A stretch of DNA of 64,000 nt from Gemmatimonadales bacterium (GCA_035518815.1 DATIXG010000072.1:119348-183347), one strand, 5' to 3'; positions 46,831 through 55,925 are shown, numbered from the stretch's first letter. Numbers and translations: made by a program. The notes: generated by a model not told the origin, from the letters alone.

Positions 46831-47065
46831 CAGCGATGCAAGGACGTGGTCACCCTCGATACCCCCAGGATACCGAATATCTGCCGAAAGAGGGTGACCC
46901 AGGAGACGCTCTTGTGTGAGTGTGTGCTCACTTATTTGACTAACACGTTGCTGGTAAAGGCAATAGCATGGCGCAAGCCCCTGCGCCACAGGGCAATGGC
47001 GTTGCGGCGCAAGGCCTTACAAATGGGTTTGGCTAGGCTTCACTCCCCCCCTGCTACATTCCCGC

Positions 47066-48115
47066 ATGCCCTTGCGCCCGCTTTATGGGCACCTCGCGCT
47101 GCGTGAGCGCCTAGGCGCCTCGATTCTAGCTGGCCGTCTGCCGCAGGCTATCCTCCTCGACGGTCCTCATGCCGTCGGGAAGCAGCGGCTGGCCCTTTGG
47201 ATCGCGCAAGCTCTGTTGTGCGAGGGCCGAGCGGACACCGGGGGGCAACCCTGCGGATCATGCCAGCCCTGCCGGCTGGTGCTCAGCCTGTCCCATCCCG
47301 ACGTCCATTGGTTCGTGCCGTTGGAGCCACCAAAGAAGACGGGGGACGCGGACCGGCAGGTTGAGATCGTGGAGGAGGCCCTGGGCGAGGAGGTCGCTGC
47401 CCGTCGCGAGCAGCCTTTGTATGGTCCGGTGCCCGGTCAGGCCAGCCATGGGATCGCCGCCATTCGGCTGCTGGGCCGCCGGCTGCGGCTGACCCCTGCC
47501 ATGGGCCGGTGGAAGGTATTCATTATTGGAGGAGCTGAGCGCCTCGCAGCTCAGGCAGCGAATCCTGAGGCGGCGAACGCCTTGCTCAAGGCCCTCGAGG
47601 AACCCCCGGCCGACGCCGTGGTAATCCTCGCAGCGGCCGAGCCAAGGACGCTGCCAGCGACGATCCTGTCTCGCGTAGTGCGTGTGCGCGTGGCACGCGT
47701 TCAAGACAGTGTCGTGACAGAATTCGCACAGCGCGAGCTGGGCCTGACATCGCAAAGTGAGGTGAATCAACGTGTTCGCCTCGCGGATGGGTGCATTGGC
47801 AGGCTCCTTGCTCTTGGGGGGCAGCGGGCCGACGGAACAGGCAAGTTGGCAGAAGCGTTTTTGGGCGCAGTGCGGCAAGGGCCAGCCGCCCGATTTGCCC
47901 TGGCCTTGGCGCAGCAGCCGTTTCAGGCCCGCGGGGGATTCACCGCGTTGCTGGACGACTTGCTAGAGCAGTTGCGCCACGAGGCCCGTGCCGGCGGTGA
48001 CAGTGGAAGAGTGGTAGCGGCAATGGCCCAGGTACTCGGCGCCCGCGAGCAAGCACAGGGGAACGTGAATCCCCAGCTCCTGACCGCCGTGATGGCGGAC
48101 GACCTGGGCGCTTGA
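47066..48115 (+). CDS. holB: DNA polymerase III delta-prime subunit
   Basis: 349 aa. Contains LLDGPHAVGKQRLALWIAQALLC, the zinc module CGSCQPCRLV, SHPDVHWF and FIIGGAERL. Confidence 0.8.
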   Translation: MPLRPLYGHLALRERLGASILAGRLPQAILLDGPHAVGKQRLALWIAQALLCEGRADTGGQPCGSCQPCRLVLSLSHPDVHWFVPLEPPKKTGDADRQVEIVEEALGEEVAARREQPLYGPVPGQASHGIAAIRLLGRRLRLTPAMGRWKVFIIGGAERLAAQAANPEAANALLKALEEPPADAVVILAAAEPRTLPATILSRVVRVRVARVQDSVVTEFAQRELGLTSQSEVNQRVRLADGCIGRLLALGGQRADGTGKLAEAFLGAVRQGPAARFALALAQQPFQARGGFTALLDDLLEQLRHEARAGGDSGRVVAAMAQVLGAREQAQGNVNPQLLTAVMADDLGA

Positions 48116-48187
48116 CCAGAAGTTGATGCGCGCGTCGTAGCATCCGCTGTGGATCCTGCGACGCACTCTATCACGAGGAGTATGACT

Positions 48188-48832
48188 ATGCGTACCAAGA
48201 CCCGGGGACTGGTGTTGCAGGGAGGGCTCGTCCTTCTCGGCGCCCTGGTCGTGAGCAGCGTCGGGGGGTGGGCGCGTCGAGCAACTGCCGACGATCAGCC
48301 GACCCCGGTGACGGCGCCCGTTCTGCTCAGCGAGTTGCGGACGCTGTCGCAGTCGCTCGAAGCCACCCGCGGCGAGTTGGCCGTGGCCCGGCTGCAGCTC
48401 GAGCGCGCAAACGCCATCATCGATTATTCGACGCACTACAACATCGCAGCAGATCTGGCGGCGGCGATCTACGACGTCGCGCTGTCGGAGGGGGTCGACC
48501 CCGGCCTGGCGTTCCGTCTGGTGAAGACGGAGTCGGGCTTCAATGTGAACGCAAAGAGTAAGGTCGGCGCCCTGGGCTTCACCCAGGTGTTGCCGAGCAC
48601 GGCGCGCCTGTACGAGCCGGGATTGACGAACAAGCAGCTGTTCGAGCGCGGCACCAACCTGCGCCTCGGGTTCCGTTACCTGCGGGACCTGCTCGAGCGC
48701 TACAACGGTAACCTGCGCCTCGCTCTCCTCGCGTACAACCGCGGGCCGGGCAAGGTCCAAGAGCTGCTCGATGCCGGGCGTGACCCGCAGAACGGGTACT
48801 CGACGGCGGTTCTGCGGGGTTACAAGCGGTAA
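48188..48832 (+). CDS. Lytic transglycosylase (SLT domain) protein
   Basis: ORF 48149..48832. ATG 48188 has GAGGAG about 7 nt upstream (ATG 48182 is also possible). Contains LVKTESGFNVNAKSKVGALGFTQVLPSTA and LLAYNRGPG. Confidence 0.8.
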   Translation: MRTKTRGLVLQGGLVLLGALVVSSVGGWARRATADDQPTPVTAPVLLSELRTLSQSLEATRGELAVARLQLERANAIIDYSTHYNIAADLAAAIYDVALSEGVDPGLAFRLVKTESGFNVNAKSKVGALGFTQVLPSTARLYEPGLTNKQLFERGTNLRLGFRYLRDLLERYNGNLRLALLAYNRGPGKVQELLDAGRDPQNGYSTAVLRGYKR

Positions 48833-48836
48833 GCGA

Positions 48837-50405
48837 CTACCTCGGCGGGATCTTGATGATCTGACCAGCGTGGATGACTGATCGCGTCGTCAGGTCGTTG
48901 TAGTCGAGCAGGGCTCCGAGGGACACCCCATAGCGGCGGGCGATTTCGCTCAAGGTCTCGCCGCTCTCCACCCGGTGATCTCCACCATCCACTGCGCTCC
49001 GCCCGGTCGTCGTCGGGCGGGCGCTGCGGGTGGTGTAGCGCGTCCGTGACTCGGGGGGCACGGACCACGCCCCGCCGGGCACCACCCGGCCGCTCATCGG
49101 GATGATGATCCGCTCTCCCACCTTCAACGCGTGCGGCTTCAGGCTCGGATTCGCGGTCTGTATCATCGGGACGGTCACGTGATAGCGACGCGCGATGTCC
49201 GACAGCGTCTGCCCGCGCGTCACGTAGTGATCGATGAACGTGATACGGGCGGTCGGCGGCAGCGTGTCGTACCGCGCGGCGACCTGCGTGCCGCGCCCCC
49301 GCGGCACGCGCACGGTGATGGCCCGGCCAGGGGGCGTGATGCCCCGGACGAATTGCGGATTCAGCTCCAGTAGGGCGTCCACGGTCGTGTCGGCAAGGCG
49401 GGCGAGCACGTCCAGCCCGGTGGCATCCTGTACGGAGATCTCATCGAACACGAGTGGTGCGAGCGGGCGAATGTCGTCGAACCCGTACCGCCCCGGCTGC
49501 TTGGCGATGAGGGATGCGGCAATCAATTTCGGCACGTAGTCCCGCGTCTCCCGTCGCAAGTAGCGCCGGTCAGCCAGCTGGAAGAAGGTGTGGTCGGTAA
49601 CGGAGTCCGACTCGCCAGGGAGGCGGTTCAGCCCCCGCTCCACGCGCCCAACTCCGGCATTGTACGCCGCGGCGGCGAGGTACACGCTGCCGCCCAGACG
49701 CTCCCGCAAGTCCGCCAGATAGGTGACGGCGGCCTGCGTGGCCTTGTAGGGATCACGCCGCTCGTCCACCCAGGGATCAACGGTCAGCCCGTAGAGCCGC
49801 CCGGTGGCCGCCATGAACTGCCACATGCCGACCGCTCGCGCCCGGCTGACTGCGGTGTTGGAGAGGCCGCTCTCGATGAGCGCCAGGTACACCAGGTCTT
49901 CCGGGAGCCGCTTCGCGCGCAGCTGCTCCCGGATCATGCCCTCGTAGCGGCCAAGCCGGGAAAGCCAGATCGCGAACCGATCCTGGGCGTCCACCTGGAA
50001 GAACTCGAGATACTCCAGTACGCGCCGGTTGGCAGCGAAGGTGGTGACGTCGATATCGAAGGTTGGCTCCCCTGACGGGGCAGCGCCGACAACTGCCCGT
50101 CCCTCGTTCGCCCCGAATAGCCGCACCGCCTCTCGTTCGACTTCCTCGCCCCGCACCGCGGGGGGAGGGGCCGACGTGTCACTCCGGAGCACGGAGGTCC
50201 CGGGCTGGTGCAGACTGTCCAGGATGGCTTCGTCGGCAGCCGAGTCGGACCGATCCCGCACGGCGGTCACCGGTTCCGCGGGTGAGGGGCTCTGCCCCAG
50301 CGGGCCTCCCTCGTGGCGCGAACCGCCGCACCCAGCGAGGCCGAGAACGACCACCAAGACCCCGGCGGCCCTCACCGGACTGAAAACCATGCCCCTCCTG
50401 CTCAT
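48837..50405 (-). CDS. MltD-like membrane-bound lytic murein transglycosylase lipoprotein with LysM repeats
   Basis: 522 aa. Lipobox VLGLAGCGG. Contains LIESGLSNTAVSRARAVGMWQFM and AAAAYNAG. C-terminal LysM units (YVTRGQTLSDIARRY.., HRVESGETLSEIARRYGV..). Confidence 0.85.
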   Translation of the reverse strand: MSRRGMVFSPVRAAGVLVVVLGLAGCGGSRHEGGPLGQSPSPAEPVTAVRDRSDSAADEAILDSLHQPGTSVLRSDTSAPPPAVRGEEVEREAVRLFGANEGRAVVGAAPSGEPTFDIDVTTFAANRRVLEYLEFFQVDAQDRFAIWLSRLGRYEGMIREQLRAKRLPEDLVYLALIESGLSNTAVSRARAVGMWQFMAATGRLYGLTVDPWVDERRDPYKATQAAVTYLADLRERLGGSVYLAAAAYNAGVGRVERGLNRLPGESDSVTDHTFFQLADRRYLRRETRDYVPKLIAASLIAKQPGRYGFDDIRPLAPLVFDEISVQDATGLDVLARLADTTVDALLELNPQFVRGITPPGRAITVRVPRGRGTQVAARYDTLPPTARITFIDHYVTRGQTLSDIARRYHVTVPMIQTANPSLKPHALKVGERIIIPMSGRVVPGGAWSVPPESRTRYTTRSARPTTTGRSAVDGGDHRVESGETLSEIARRYGVSLGALLDYNDLTTRSVIHAGQIIKIPPR

Positions 50406-50836
50406 CTCGAGTAGTAGTTCCCCAGGATTCGGTTAGTGGCGTTCAGGACAGCAAGCGCCGCGCCACGCGTCGCATCCCCTTCCGTGAGATAAGACCCCAC
50501 GAGACGGGACTGCGACCCGTCTGCGCGCGCGGAAAGCGACACGATGATGACGTTGGCATCGAACGCACGAACCGCCTTCACTCCAAGGATTTCGAACGCG
50601 AGCTTGGGCTTGACTGCTTTCTCGAGAGCCTGGACGGTCGCGGCAGCCGAGCAGCGAAGCTCCCCCGCCTGCGAGATCACGCCTTCGGCCTCCCCGACAA
50701 ACTCCCGGCCATCCGACCAGGACAGCACAACCCGGGACCGGCAGCGCCCGTTCGGGAGCCGCTCGAACCGGAAGTCATGAAACCGGAGACGCTCGGCCTG
50801 GCGGGGGCCTTCCGGGGGAGGAGCTGTCGCGGGCAC
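50402..50836 (-). CDS. Hypothetical protein (144 aa) with apparent internal duplication
   Basis: GTG start shares one nt with the upstream stop (TAGTG). Its stop overlaps the mltD-like ATG (ATGA). Two similar halves: ..RVVLSWSDGREFVGEAEG..CSAAATVQAL and ..IIVSLSARADGSQSRLVGSYLTEGD..GAALAVLNAT. Confidence 0.55.
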   Translation of the reverse strand: MPATAPPPEGPRQAERLRFHDFRFERLPNGRCRSRVVLSWSDGREFVGEAEGVISQAGELRCSAAATVQALEKAVKPKLAFEILGVKAVRAFDANVIIVSLSARADGSQSRLVGSYLTEGDATRGAALAVLNATNRILGNYYSR

Positions 50837-51084
50837 TAGTCGAACCGCACTTCGATCTGCTGCCGCGATGACGCATCTTGAGGCGCCTCAACGACATCCA
50901 CCTCGAGCCGCGGCCGGCCCTGGTCGTCCTGATCCGCGGAAACGACGAGGATGACGCCGCTGTCGAGCTCGACCTTCAGATGCCGCATGTCCGACCGCAC
51001 CGTGACCTCCCGTACGCCTTCCCCGCGCAACCGCGCGACCGCCGCAACGATGCGGCGCAGGTCGTGCAACCCCACGGGGCTCAT
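50836..51084 (-). CDS. Hypothetical protein (82 aa)
   Basis: ATGA overlap with the upstream ORF. GC3-rich codon usage like its neighbours. No recognisable motif. Confidence 0.5.
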   Translation of the reverse strand: MSPVGLHDLRRIVAAVARLRGEGVREVTVRSDMRHLKVELDSGVILVVSADQDDQGRPRLEVDVVEAPQDASSRQQIEVRFD

Positions 51085-51338
51085 GCCAGGCGGTTGGCGA
51101 GAAGCTGCGACAGGGCGGTGTCGGGAATCCGCTCAGCCTGGATGAACAGGGACGACTTGGACGTAGCCTCCAGCGGGTAAGGGGTCCATACCGCCTGCCC
51201 CCGCGGTTGCTGCGACGCCATGCGAAATGCCAGCACCAGCTGCCAGGATGCGGTGGTCGCCGTGCGCTCCGCGACGGCATCCACGTGCCACACCTGGTCG
51301 CCGTGGGCGATGACCCTCCAAGGCACGTCCCACCTCAC
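51081..51338 (-). CDS. Hypothetical protein (85 aa)
   Basis: First gene of a four-gene overlapping series. GTG start with no clear RBS. No recognisable motif. Confidence 0.45.
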   Translation of the reverse strand: MRWDVPWRVIAHGDQVWHVDAVAERTATTASWQLVLAFRMASQQPRGQAVWTPYPLEATSKSSLFIQAERIPDTALSQLLANRLA

Positions 51339-51456
51339 TGGGGTGTTGGCGCCCGAATATGTGTTCTAACCTAAAGTCCGGTCAATAGTTGGATGGACAG
51401 ACCCCGCCTAAACCGACCATTCTGCGGGGTGGGCGGAAGCACCCAAGTTGCGGAGT

Positions 51457-51483
51457 GGGGCGACTTAAGGGGTCAGTCGCCCC
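51457..51483 (-). terminator. Hairpin spanning the ilvE stop codon
   Basis: GGGGCGACT-(9 nt)-AGTCGCCCC, a perfect 9-bp stem. No strong U tract follows on the minus strand. Confidence 0.35.
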
Positions 51484-52336
51484 GGGTGGCGAGGGCCTTG
51501 AAGCGCCGGGCCAACTCCCGGGTCACCGGGCCAGGCACCCCCGCCCCGATGGTCCGAGCGTCTACTTTGGTGACCCCGATGACCTCGGCGGCCGTGCCCG
51601 TGAGGAAGACCTCATCCGCGGTGTAGAGATCATACCGGTTCAGCGGCACTTCCTCTGTGACGTAGGTTGCCTCCCGTGCCAGCTCGAGCACGGCGTCGCG
51701 GGTCACGCCGCGCAGGATTCCCGCGTAGACGGGCGGCGTCTTGATCGTTCCGTTCGTCACGACGAAGATGTTCTCACCACTCGCCTCCGCCACGAACCCG
51801 GCGGGGTCGAGCATGATGATGTCGTCGACGCCCGCAGCGATGCCTTCCACCTTGGCGAGGATGTGAGCCAAGTAGTTGAGGGACTTCACACGCGGTGATA
51901 CGCTCTCCCGATGATGAATCGGGGTCGCGGACGAGATGACGACCAGTCCCTTGTCGTAGCGGTCGGCTGGCCACAGCGCGATGTCGTCCACGATACAGAT
52001 GATCGATGGCTTGGGGCACTTGCGGGGATCGAGCCCAAGGTCGCCGACACCGCGGGTAACGATCAACCGGATGTAGCAGTCCTGGAGCCCGCTCTTCGCG
52101 ACCGCCTCCTCCATGAGGCGGCCCATCTCCTTGCGGGCCAGTGGGATCTCGAGCCACACCGCCTTTGCGGAGGCATAGAGGCGGTCGAGGTGTTTCTCGA
52201 CGCGAAAGATGCGCCGGTTGTACACCCGAATCCCTTCGAACACGCCGTCGCCGTACAGCAAACCGTGATCGAACACCGAGACCTTGGCGTTCGCCTTGTC
52301 GTAGTACTGCCCGTCAATCCAGATCGTCGCTGACAT
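51473..52336 (-). CDS. ilvE: Branched-chain amino acid aminotransferase (class IV)
   Basis: ORF 51473..52363. MSATIWIDGQYYDKANAKVSVFDHGLLYGDGVFEGIRVY at ATG 52336 gives 287 aa. GTG 52363 is an alternative start. Confidence 0.85.
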   Translation of the reverse strand: MSATIWIDGQYYDKANAKVSVFDHGLLYGDGVFEGIRVYNRRIFRVEKHLDRLYASAKAVWLEIPLARKEMGRLMEEAVAKSGLQDCYIRLIVTRGVGDLGLDPRKCPKPSIICIVDDIALWPADRYDKGLVVISSATPIHHRESVSPRVKSLNYLAHILAKVEGIAAGVDDIIMLDPAGFVAEASGENIFVVTNGTIKTPPVYAGILRGVTRDAVLELAREATYVTEEVPLNRYDLYTADEVFLTGTAAEVIGVTKVDARTIGAGVPGPVTRELARRFKALATRGD

Positions 52337-52368
52337 AGTTTGGGAAAGATGGTGCCGCGACACGGTCT

Positions 52369-52401
52369 AAAAAAGGGGGACGGGGACGTGGGAACCCGTC
52401 C
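52369..52401 (-). terminator. Terminator-like hairpin plus T6 tract in the ilvE 5' leader (candidate attenuator)
   Basis: The minus strand reads GGACGGG-ttcccacgtc-CCCGTCC-CCC-TTTTTT. It ends 32 nt upstream of ATG 52336. No minus-strand gene lies upstream for it to terminate. Confidence 0.4.
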
Positions 52402-52445
52402 GCTTCGGGGTTGCTTGGGGAAATAGGGCCAACCAGGAGCCAAGA

Positions 52446-52820
52446 GTGTGGACCAAGAGGCGATTCGATGCCATTCTGCGGCAGCGCTGCCCTGTGTGCC
52501 TCGAAGGCCCGATGTTTTCGGGGCCGTTCAGGATGGCCGTTCGGTGCCCCAGGTGCGGTCATCAGTTCGAGCGGGAGACGGGGTTCTTCCAGGGCGCCAT
52601 GTACGTCTCCTGGGCGCTCGGCGTGGGCACGTTCGCCGCGCTGGCGCTCGCGTCGAGTTGGCTTCTGGCCCCGCTGATCAGCCTGCCGCTGGCCTTGGCC
52701 GTCGCGCTCGGGGCCTATCTGCCCATCGTCCCGGTGATCTTTCGCTATTCGCGTGTGATCTGGGCCCACGTCAACATCGGGACGCGCGACACATCAGATG
52801 AACGGCCTGGCGAAGGGTAG
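52446..52820 (+). CDS. DUF983 domain membrane protein (zinc-ribbon + 2 TM)
   Basis: 124 aa. RCPVCLEGPMFSG....RCPRCGHQFERETGFFQGAMYVSW is the DUF983 pattern. Confidence 0.75.
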   Translation: MWTKRRFDAILRQRCPVCLEGPMFSGPFRMAVRCPRCGHQFERETGFFQGAMYVSWALGVGTFAALALASSWLLAPLISLPLALAVALGAYLPIVPVIFRYSRVIWAHVNIGTRDTSDERPGEG

Positions 52821-52886
52821 GGCTCATTCGCGGGAGTCCGGGTTACGAAGGGGAGTGGGTTCGTTCGGGACGTTCGAGGAGGGACC

Positions 52887-53072
52887 ATGACGTTTGAGCG
52901 TGCGTTCGCGTTGATCGGTGCAGCGGGAGTTTCCTTCTGTCTCAGCGCAAGTTTCCTTCCGGCGGCGAAAGCGTTCGTGCGGTGGCAGCTCGACAGGCAG
53001 GAGCGCAAGCGTGCGCTCGCGGGGATCTTGCGGGACAGCATGCAGGTCGTGGACGGACGAGCGGAGCGGTGA
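52887..53072 (+). CDS. Small hypothetical membrane protein (61 aa)
   Basis: GGAGGG 5 nt upstream of ATG 52887. One hydrophobic helix (FALIGAAGVSFCLSASFL), then a basic tail. Confidence 0.4.
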   Translation: MTFERAFALIGAAGVSFCLSASFLPAAKAFVRWQLDRQERKRALAGILRDSMQVVDGRAER

Positions 53073-53077
53073 GGGAC

Positions 53078-53150
53078 GTGACCCGGGCGGGGATCGAACC
53101 CGCGGCCTGCGGATTAAAAGTCCGCTGCTCTACCAACTGAGCTACCGGGT
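53078..53150 (-). tRNA. tRNA-Lys (anticodon TTT)
   Basis: Hand-folded from the reverse complement: acceptor GACCCGG/CCGGGTC, D arm GCTC-AGTTGGTA-GAGC, anticodon arm GCGGA-CTTTTAA-TCCGC, T arm GCGGG-TTCGATC-CCCGC, discriminator A. Confidence 0.9.
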
Positions 53151-53220
53151 CGCAACCAGACCAAACTAGTTGCCCTGCCCGGCTTTGTGCTACGGCATCG
53201 ACTGCGAACGAGATTGAGGT

Positions 53221-53261
53221 GAGCGGAGCGTGGCGCCCAGACGGCCGCCACGCTCTCGCTC
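53221..53261 (-). terminator. Long GC hairpin between the propeller gene and tRNA-Lys
   Basis: GAGCGGAGCGTGGCG-(10 nt)-CGCCACGCTCtCGCTC, 15 bp with one bulge. The downstream U tract is weak. Confidence 0.4.
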
Positions 53262-53292
53262 AGGTGGGCTGCCCTCTACGTCTCCGGACGGA

Positions 53293-55311
53293 TCAGAGTC
53301 GGTACCCGACGATGGTCGTCGGAGCGGTCCGCAGAAACAGCATCCCGGCGACATCATCCACGGCGTAGACCGGCTCGCGCTCCTTGCCCAGCAACACCCG
53401 CGAGCGCGCCTGCGCGTTGTCCTTGTCGATCTGGAGCAGGATGTTGCCGTTGCCATCGGGCGCCCGCGTCAGCATGAAGACCGATCCGGGCACCGTGAGC
53501 GAGGCCTTGAAGCGCTTCGTCGCGAGCGCCGCCGACTGGTGCGAGTACCCCGCGAGCTGGGCCCCGCCGGTGGTGTAGGCCGACGCGACCTGCCCGTAGA
53601 TACGGCGCGCGGTCGTGTCGGTCGCCGTGCGCGACGCCTGGGCGAACGCGTCCCCGTACGACGACGCCGCGGCGCCGTACAGACCGGCGCGCACCGCGTC
53701 CAGACGGTGCAGCGCCCGTAACAGGCCGGGCAGCTGCGGCGCCGGATTGTACACCTGCTGCTTGACCTGTCCGTCGCGCCCGACCAACACGAGGTTCTGC
53801 GGCGAGATGAGGACGATCCCCGCGCTCCGCATCTCCATGTCCGTGGGGTCCTCGTCGCCCTGTAGCCTGATCTCAGCACTCAACGCCCGGAAGGTTCCGG
53901 CGTCGCGATCCACAGCGTAGAGGCGGTGGTCGCGGTTCGCGAACACGTACATCGTCCGCCCCTCGGCGGCATGGTGCAGGTAGTAGCGCTCGGCGTCGTA
54001 GCCCGATGCGCTCATCGGCTTGCCGCTCTCGATCGCATCCTTGAACTTGAGCTCACCCTTCGCGAGGTCGACGAAATTGACCTCGGCGTTCGTGACTGAG
54101 TCGGGGTGCGTCACATAGAGCAGGCCCGCCGGCGTCAACTCCGCATAGCTCAGCTGCCCCTTGATCTTCACGTCCTTCTTCAACCGCAGTGTCGCGGTCG
54201 CAACGTCCAACACGTTGACGAACGTCTTCGACTCGGCGTCCACCTCCAGAACAGCGGCGTCGCCCGTGATGATCGCGTCCGTCACGTTACCGCGCATGTG
54301 CACCGGCTTGGGCGCGATGGTCGTGCCGTCGGCGTAGCGGGCGACGTTGAGCCCCGTCTGCACGACGCCGTTCACCACCTTGCGGCTACCTGATAGCTCG
54401 CCCTCGGGCGCTCCCTCGGGGAGCATGATGATCCCTGCCGGGTGCTGCACGATGTCGCTGATCCACCCGTCGACCTTCGCGGGCTGCGCCCAGAGCGCCT
54501 GACCGTCAGTCAGGCGGTACGCCATGAGGCGGTCGTCGAAACTCACGTATATGCGGTCAGCCTGAGCAACCGACGGGTACAGCCGCACGTGCCGGGCGAT
54601 GTTGCCCGTTTTCCCGGTCGCGAGCGTTGCCGACCAGCGGATGGCGCCGTTCCGGGCGTCAATCGCCCGGAGGCCGGTGAGGGTGTGGACGACGATCATG
54701 TCGGGGCCGGCCTGCAGGACTTCGAGCGCGGTGCCTTCGGATGCGGCGCGGACCAACCCCTGCATGAGGCCGCCCAAGCCCTTCTTCTTCGGCTCGGTTT
54801 GTTCGAACAGCGTCTCGTTCGTCCACCGCTGCTGGCCCGTGGCGAGATCGTACAGCGCCACCACCGGCGGACCGTTGGCGCGGCGGCCGTGGACGAGCAG
54901 TGTGCCGGTTTGCGGCAAGACGCGGCGCGTCACGACCTGCACGAGCGCCAGGCGCCGCGAGTCGAATACGGTCGAGCCCGTCACGGGGTCGAAGATCTCG
55001 AGCAGACCCGGTCGCGCCGCTTCCATCAGGAGCGACCCCTCGACGATGCGGACGCTGTCGGGTGGCAAGCCGCCGAGCTCCGTTTTGGTCCACGCGACCT
55101 GGCCGCGGTCCATGTCGACGCCGGCGAGAGCGGCGTCGGTCGAGACGAGCAGCCCACCCGCCGGCGTGACCTGCTGCCAGCGGATATCCCCGCGCATCTG
55201 GAGCGTCCACGCGGGAGTCGCACCGGGCGCCTGCGAATGGGCGGCTGCGGTCGAAATGAGAGCGACGAGCAGGCACAGCAGGAACGAACGACGGCCGAAG
55301 ACGGCAATCAT
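53293..55311 (-). CDS. Exported PQQ-like (BamB-type) beta-propeller repeat protein
   Basis: ORF 53293..55362. Start at ATG 55311 (MIAVFGRRSFLLCLLVALISTAAAHS). Recurrent propeller-blade motifs: LAGVDMDRGQVAWT, ALYDLATGQQRWT, LRAIDARNGAIRWS, LMAYRLTDGQALWA, LYAVDRDAGTF. Confidence 0.75.
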   Translation of the reverse strand: MIAVFGRRSFLLCLLVALISTAAAHSQAPGATPAWTLQMRGDIRWQQVTPAGGLLVSTDAALAGVDMDRGQVAWTKTELGGLPPDSVRIVEGSLLMEAARPGLLEIFDPVTGSTVFDSRRLALVQVVTRRVLPQTGTLLVHGRRANGPPVVALYDLATGQQRWTNETLFEQTEPKKKGLGGLMQGLVRAASEGTALEVLQAGPDMIVVHTLTGLRAIDARNGAIRWSATLATGKTGNIARHVRLYPSVAQADRIYVSFDDRLMAYRLTDGQALWAQPAKVDGWISDIVQHPAGIIMLPEGAPEGELSGSRKVVNGVVQTGLNVARYADGTTIAPKPVHMRGNVTDAIITGDAAVLEVDAESKTFVNVLDVATATLRLKKDVKIKGQLSYAELTPAGLLYVTHPDSVTNAEVNFVDLAKGELKFKDAIESGKPMSASGYDAERYYLHHAAEGRTMYVFANRDHRLYAVDRDAGTFRALSAEIRLQGDEDPTDMEMRSAGIVLISPQNLVLVGRDGQVKQQVYNPAPQLPGLLRALHRLDAVRAGLYGAAASSYGDAFAQASRTATDTTARRIYGQVASAYTTGGAQLAGYSHQSAALATKRFKASLTVPGSVFMLTRAPDGNGNILLQIDKDNAQARSRVLLGKEREPVYAVDDVAGMLFLRTAPTTIVGYRL

Positions 55312-55480
55312 GACTTCCCCCTGAGTCAGTGGGCCCAGGGCGCGGGGCATATATCCCCCCACGAGGACGCGGAGCGCAAGAGCAACCCGTCAGGCGTGAG
55401 CTACGACACACTTGCCGGACCATACTCTGCATCTCGAAACATTTGTTGCAGTTCCGAGCCTCCCCTCTTATCCTGTGTCC

Positions 55481-55825
55481 ATGGTGTCACGGTCGCGGCG
55501 CGCCCGCTTGCTTCTCGCCGGTCTCCTGGCCCTGCAGGTCGGGATGCCGGGCGCCGTCGCGTGGGCGGATGCGCGGCTCGACGCGACCAGCGCCTTGGCC
55601 GTCGCGCACTTCGAATCGCACACGACCGCATCGTGTGTGCACATCCATCCGGCGGACTGCGCCTTTCACCGCTTTCTGTCCGCTCCCCTCGCGCCAGGCA
55701 GGCCCCTCGCGGTCAGCCTTCGCGTAGGTGCACCTCGCGCCGTTTGGTATGTCTCCCGTGATGTCGGCTTCACCGCTCCGCAGGAACGCCTCCCCGACTC
55801 TCGCGCTCCACCGCAGCTCTCGTAA
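55481..55825 (+). CDS. Small exported Cys/His-motif protein (paralog of 25513..25863)
   Basis: In-frame part of ORF 55412..55825. ATG 55481 gives MVSRSRRARLLLAGLLALQVGMPGAVAWA. Motif ESHTTASCVHIHPADCAFHRF and C-terminal DSRAPPQLS align with the first copy. Confidence 0.6.
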   Translation: MVSRSRRARLLLAGLLALQVGMPGAVAWADARLDATSALAVAHFESHTTASCVHIHPADCAFHRFLSAPLAPGRPLAVSLRVGAPRAVWYVSRDVGFTAPQERLPDSRAPPQLS

Positions 55826-55925
55826 CCCGGTCTGACCCGCGCCACGGCGCGGCCCTTGGCACGGAACGAACCCCGGGACCCCGGGGCGCGCCGTGCAATG
55901 ACCGCTTGTACGGGAGGCTAGTTCC

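Noticed and set aside
46770-46931. Using the ATG at 46931 as the start of the large hybrid kinase (1007 aa)
   Set aside because: The extra 54 codons (MSTHSHKSVSWVTLFRQIFGILGVSRVTTSLHRCVMW...) fall in the lower-GC stretch and have a composition unlike the rest of the proteome. They would also bury the CRP-like palindrome in coding sequence. ATG 46769 is preferred but not proven.
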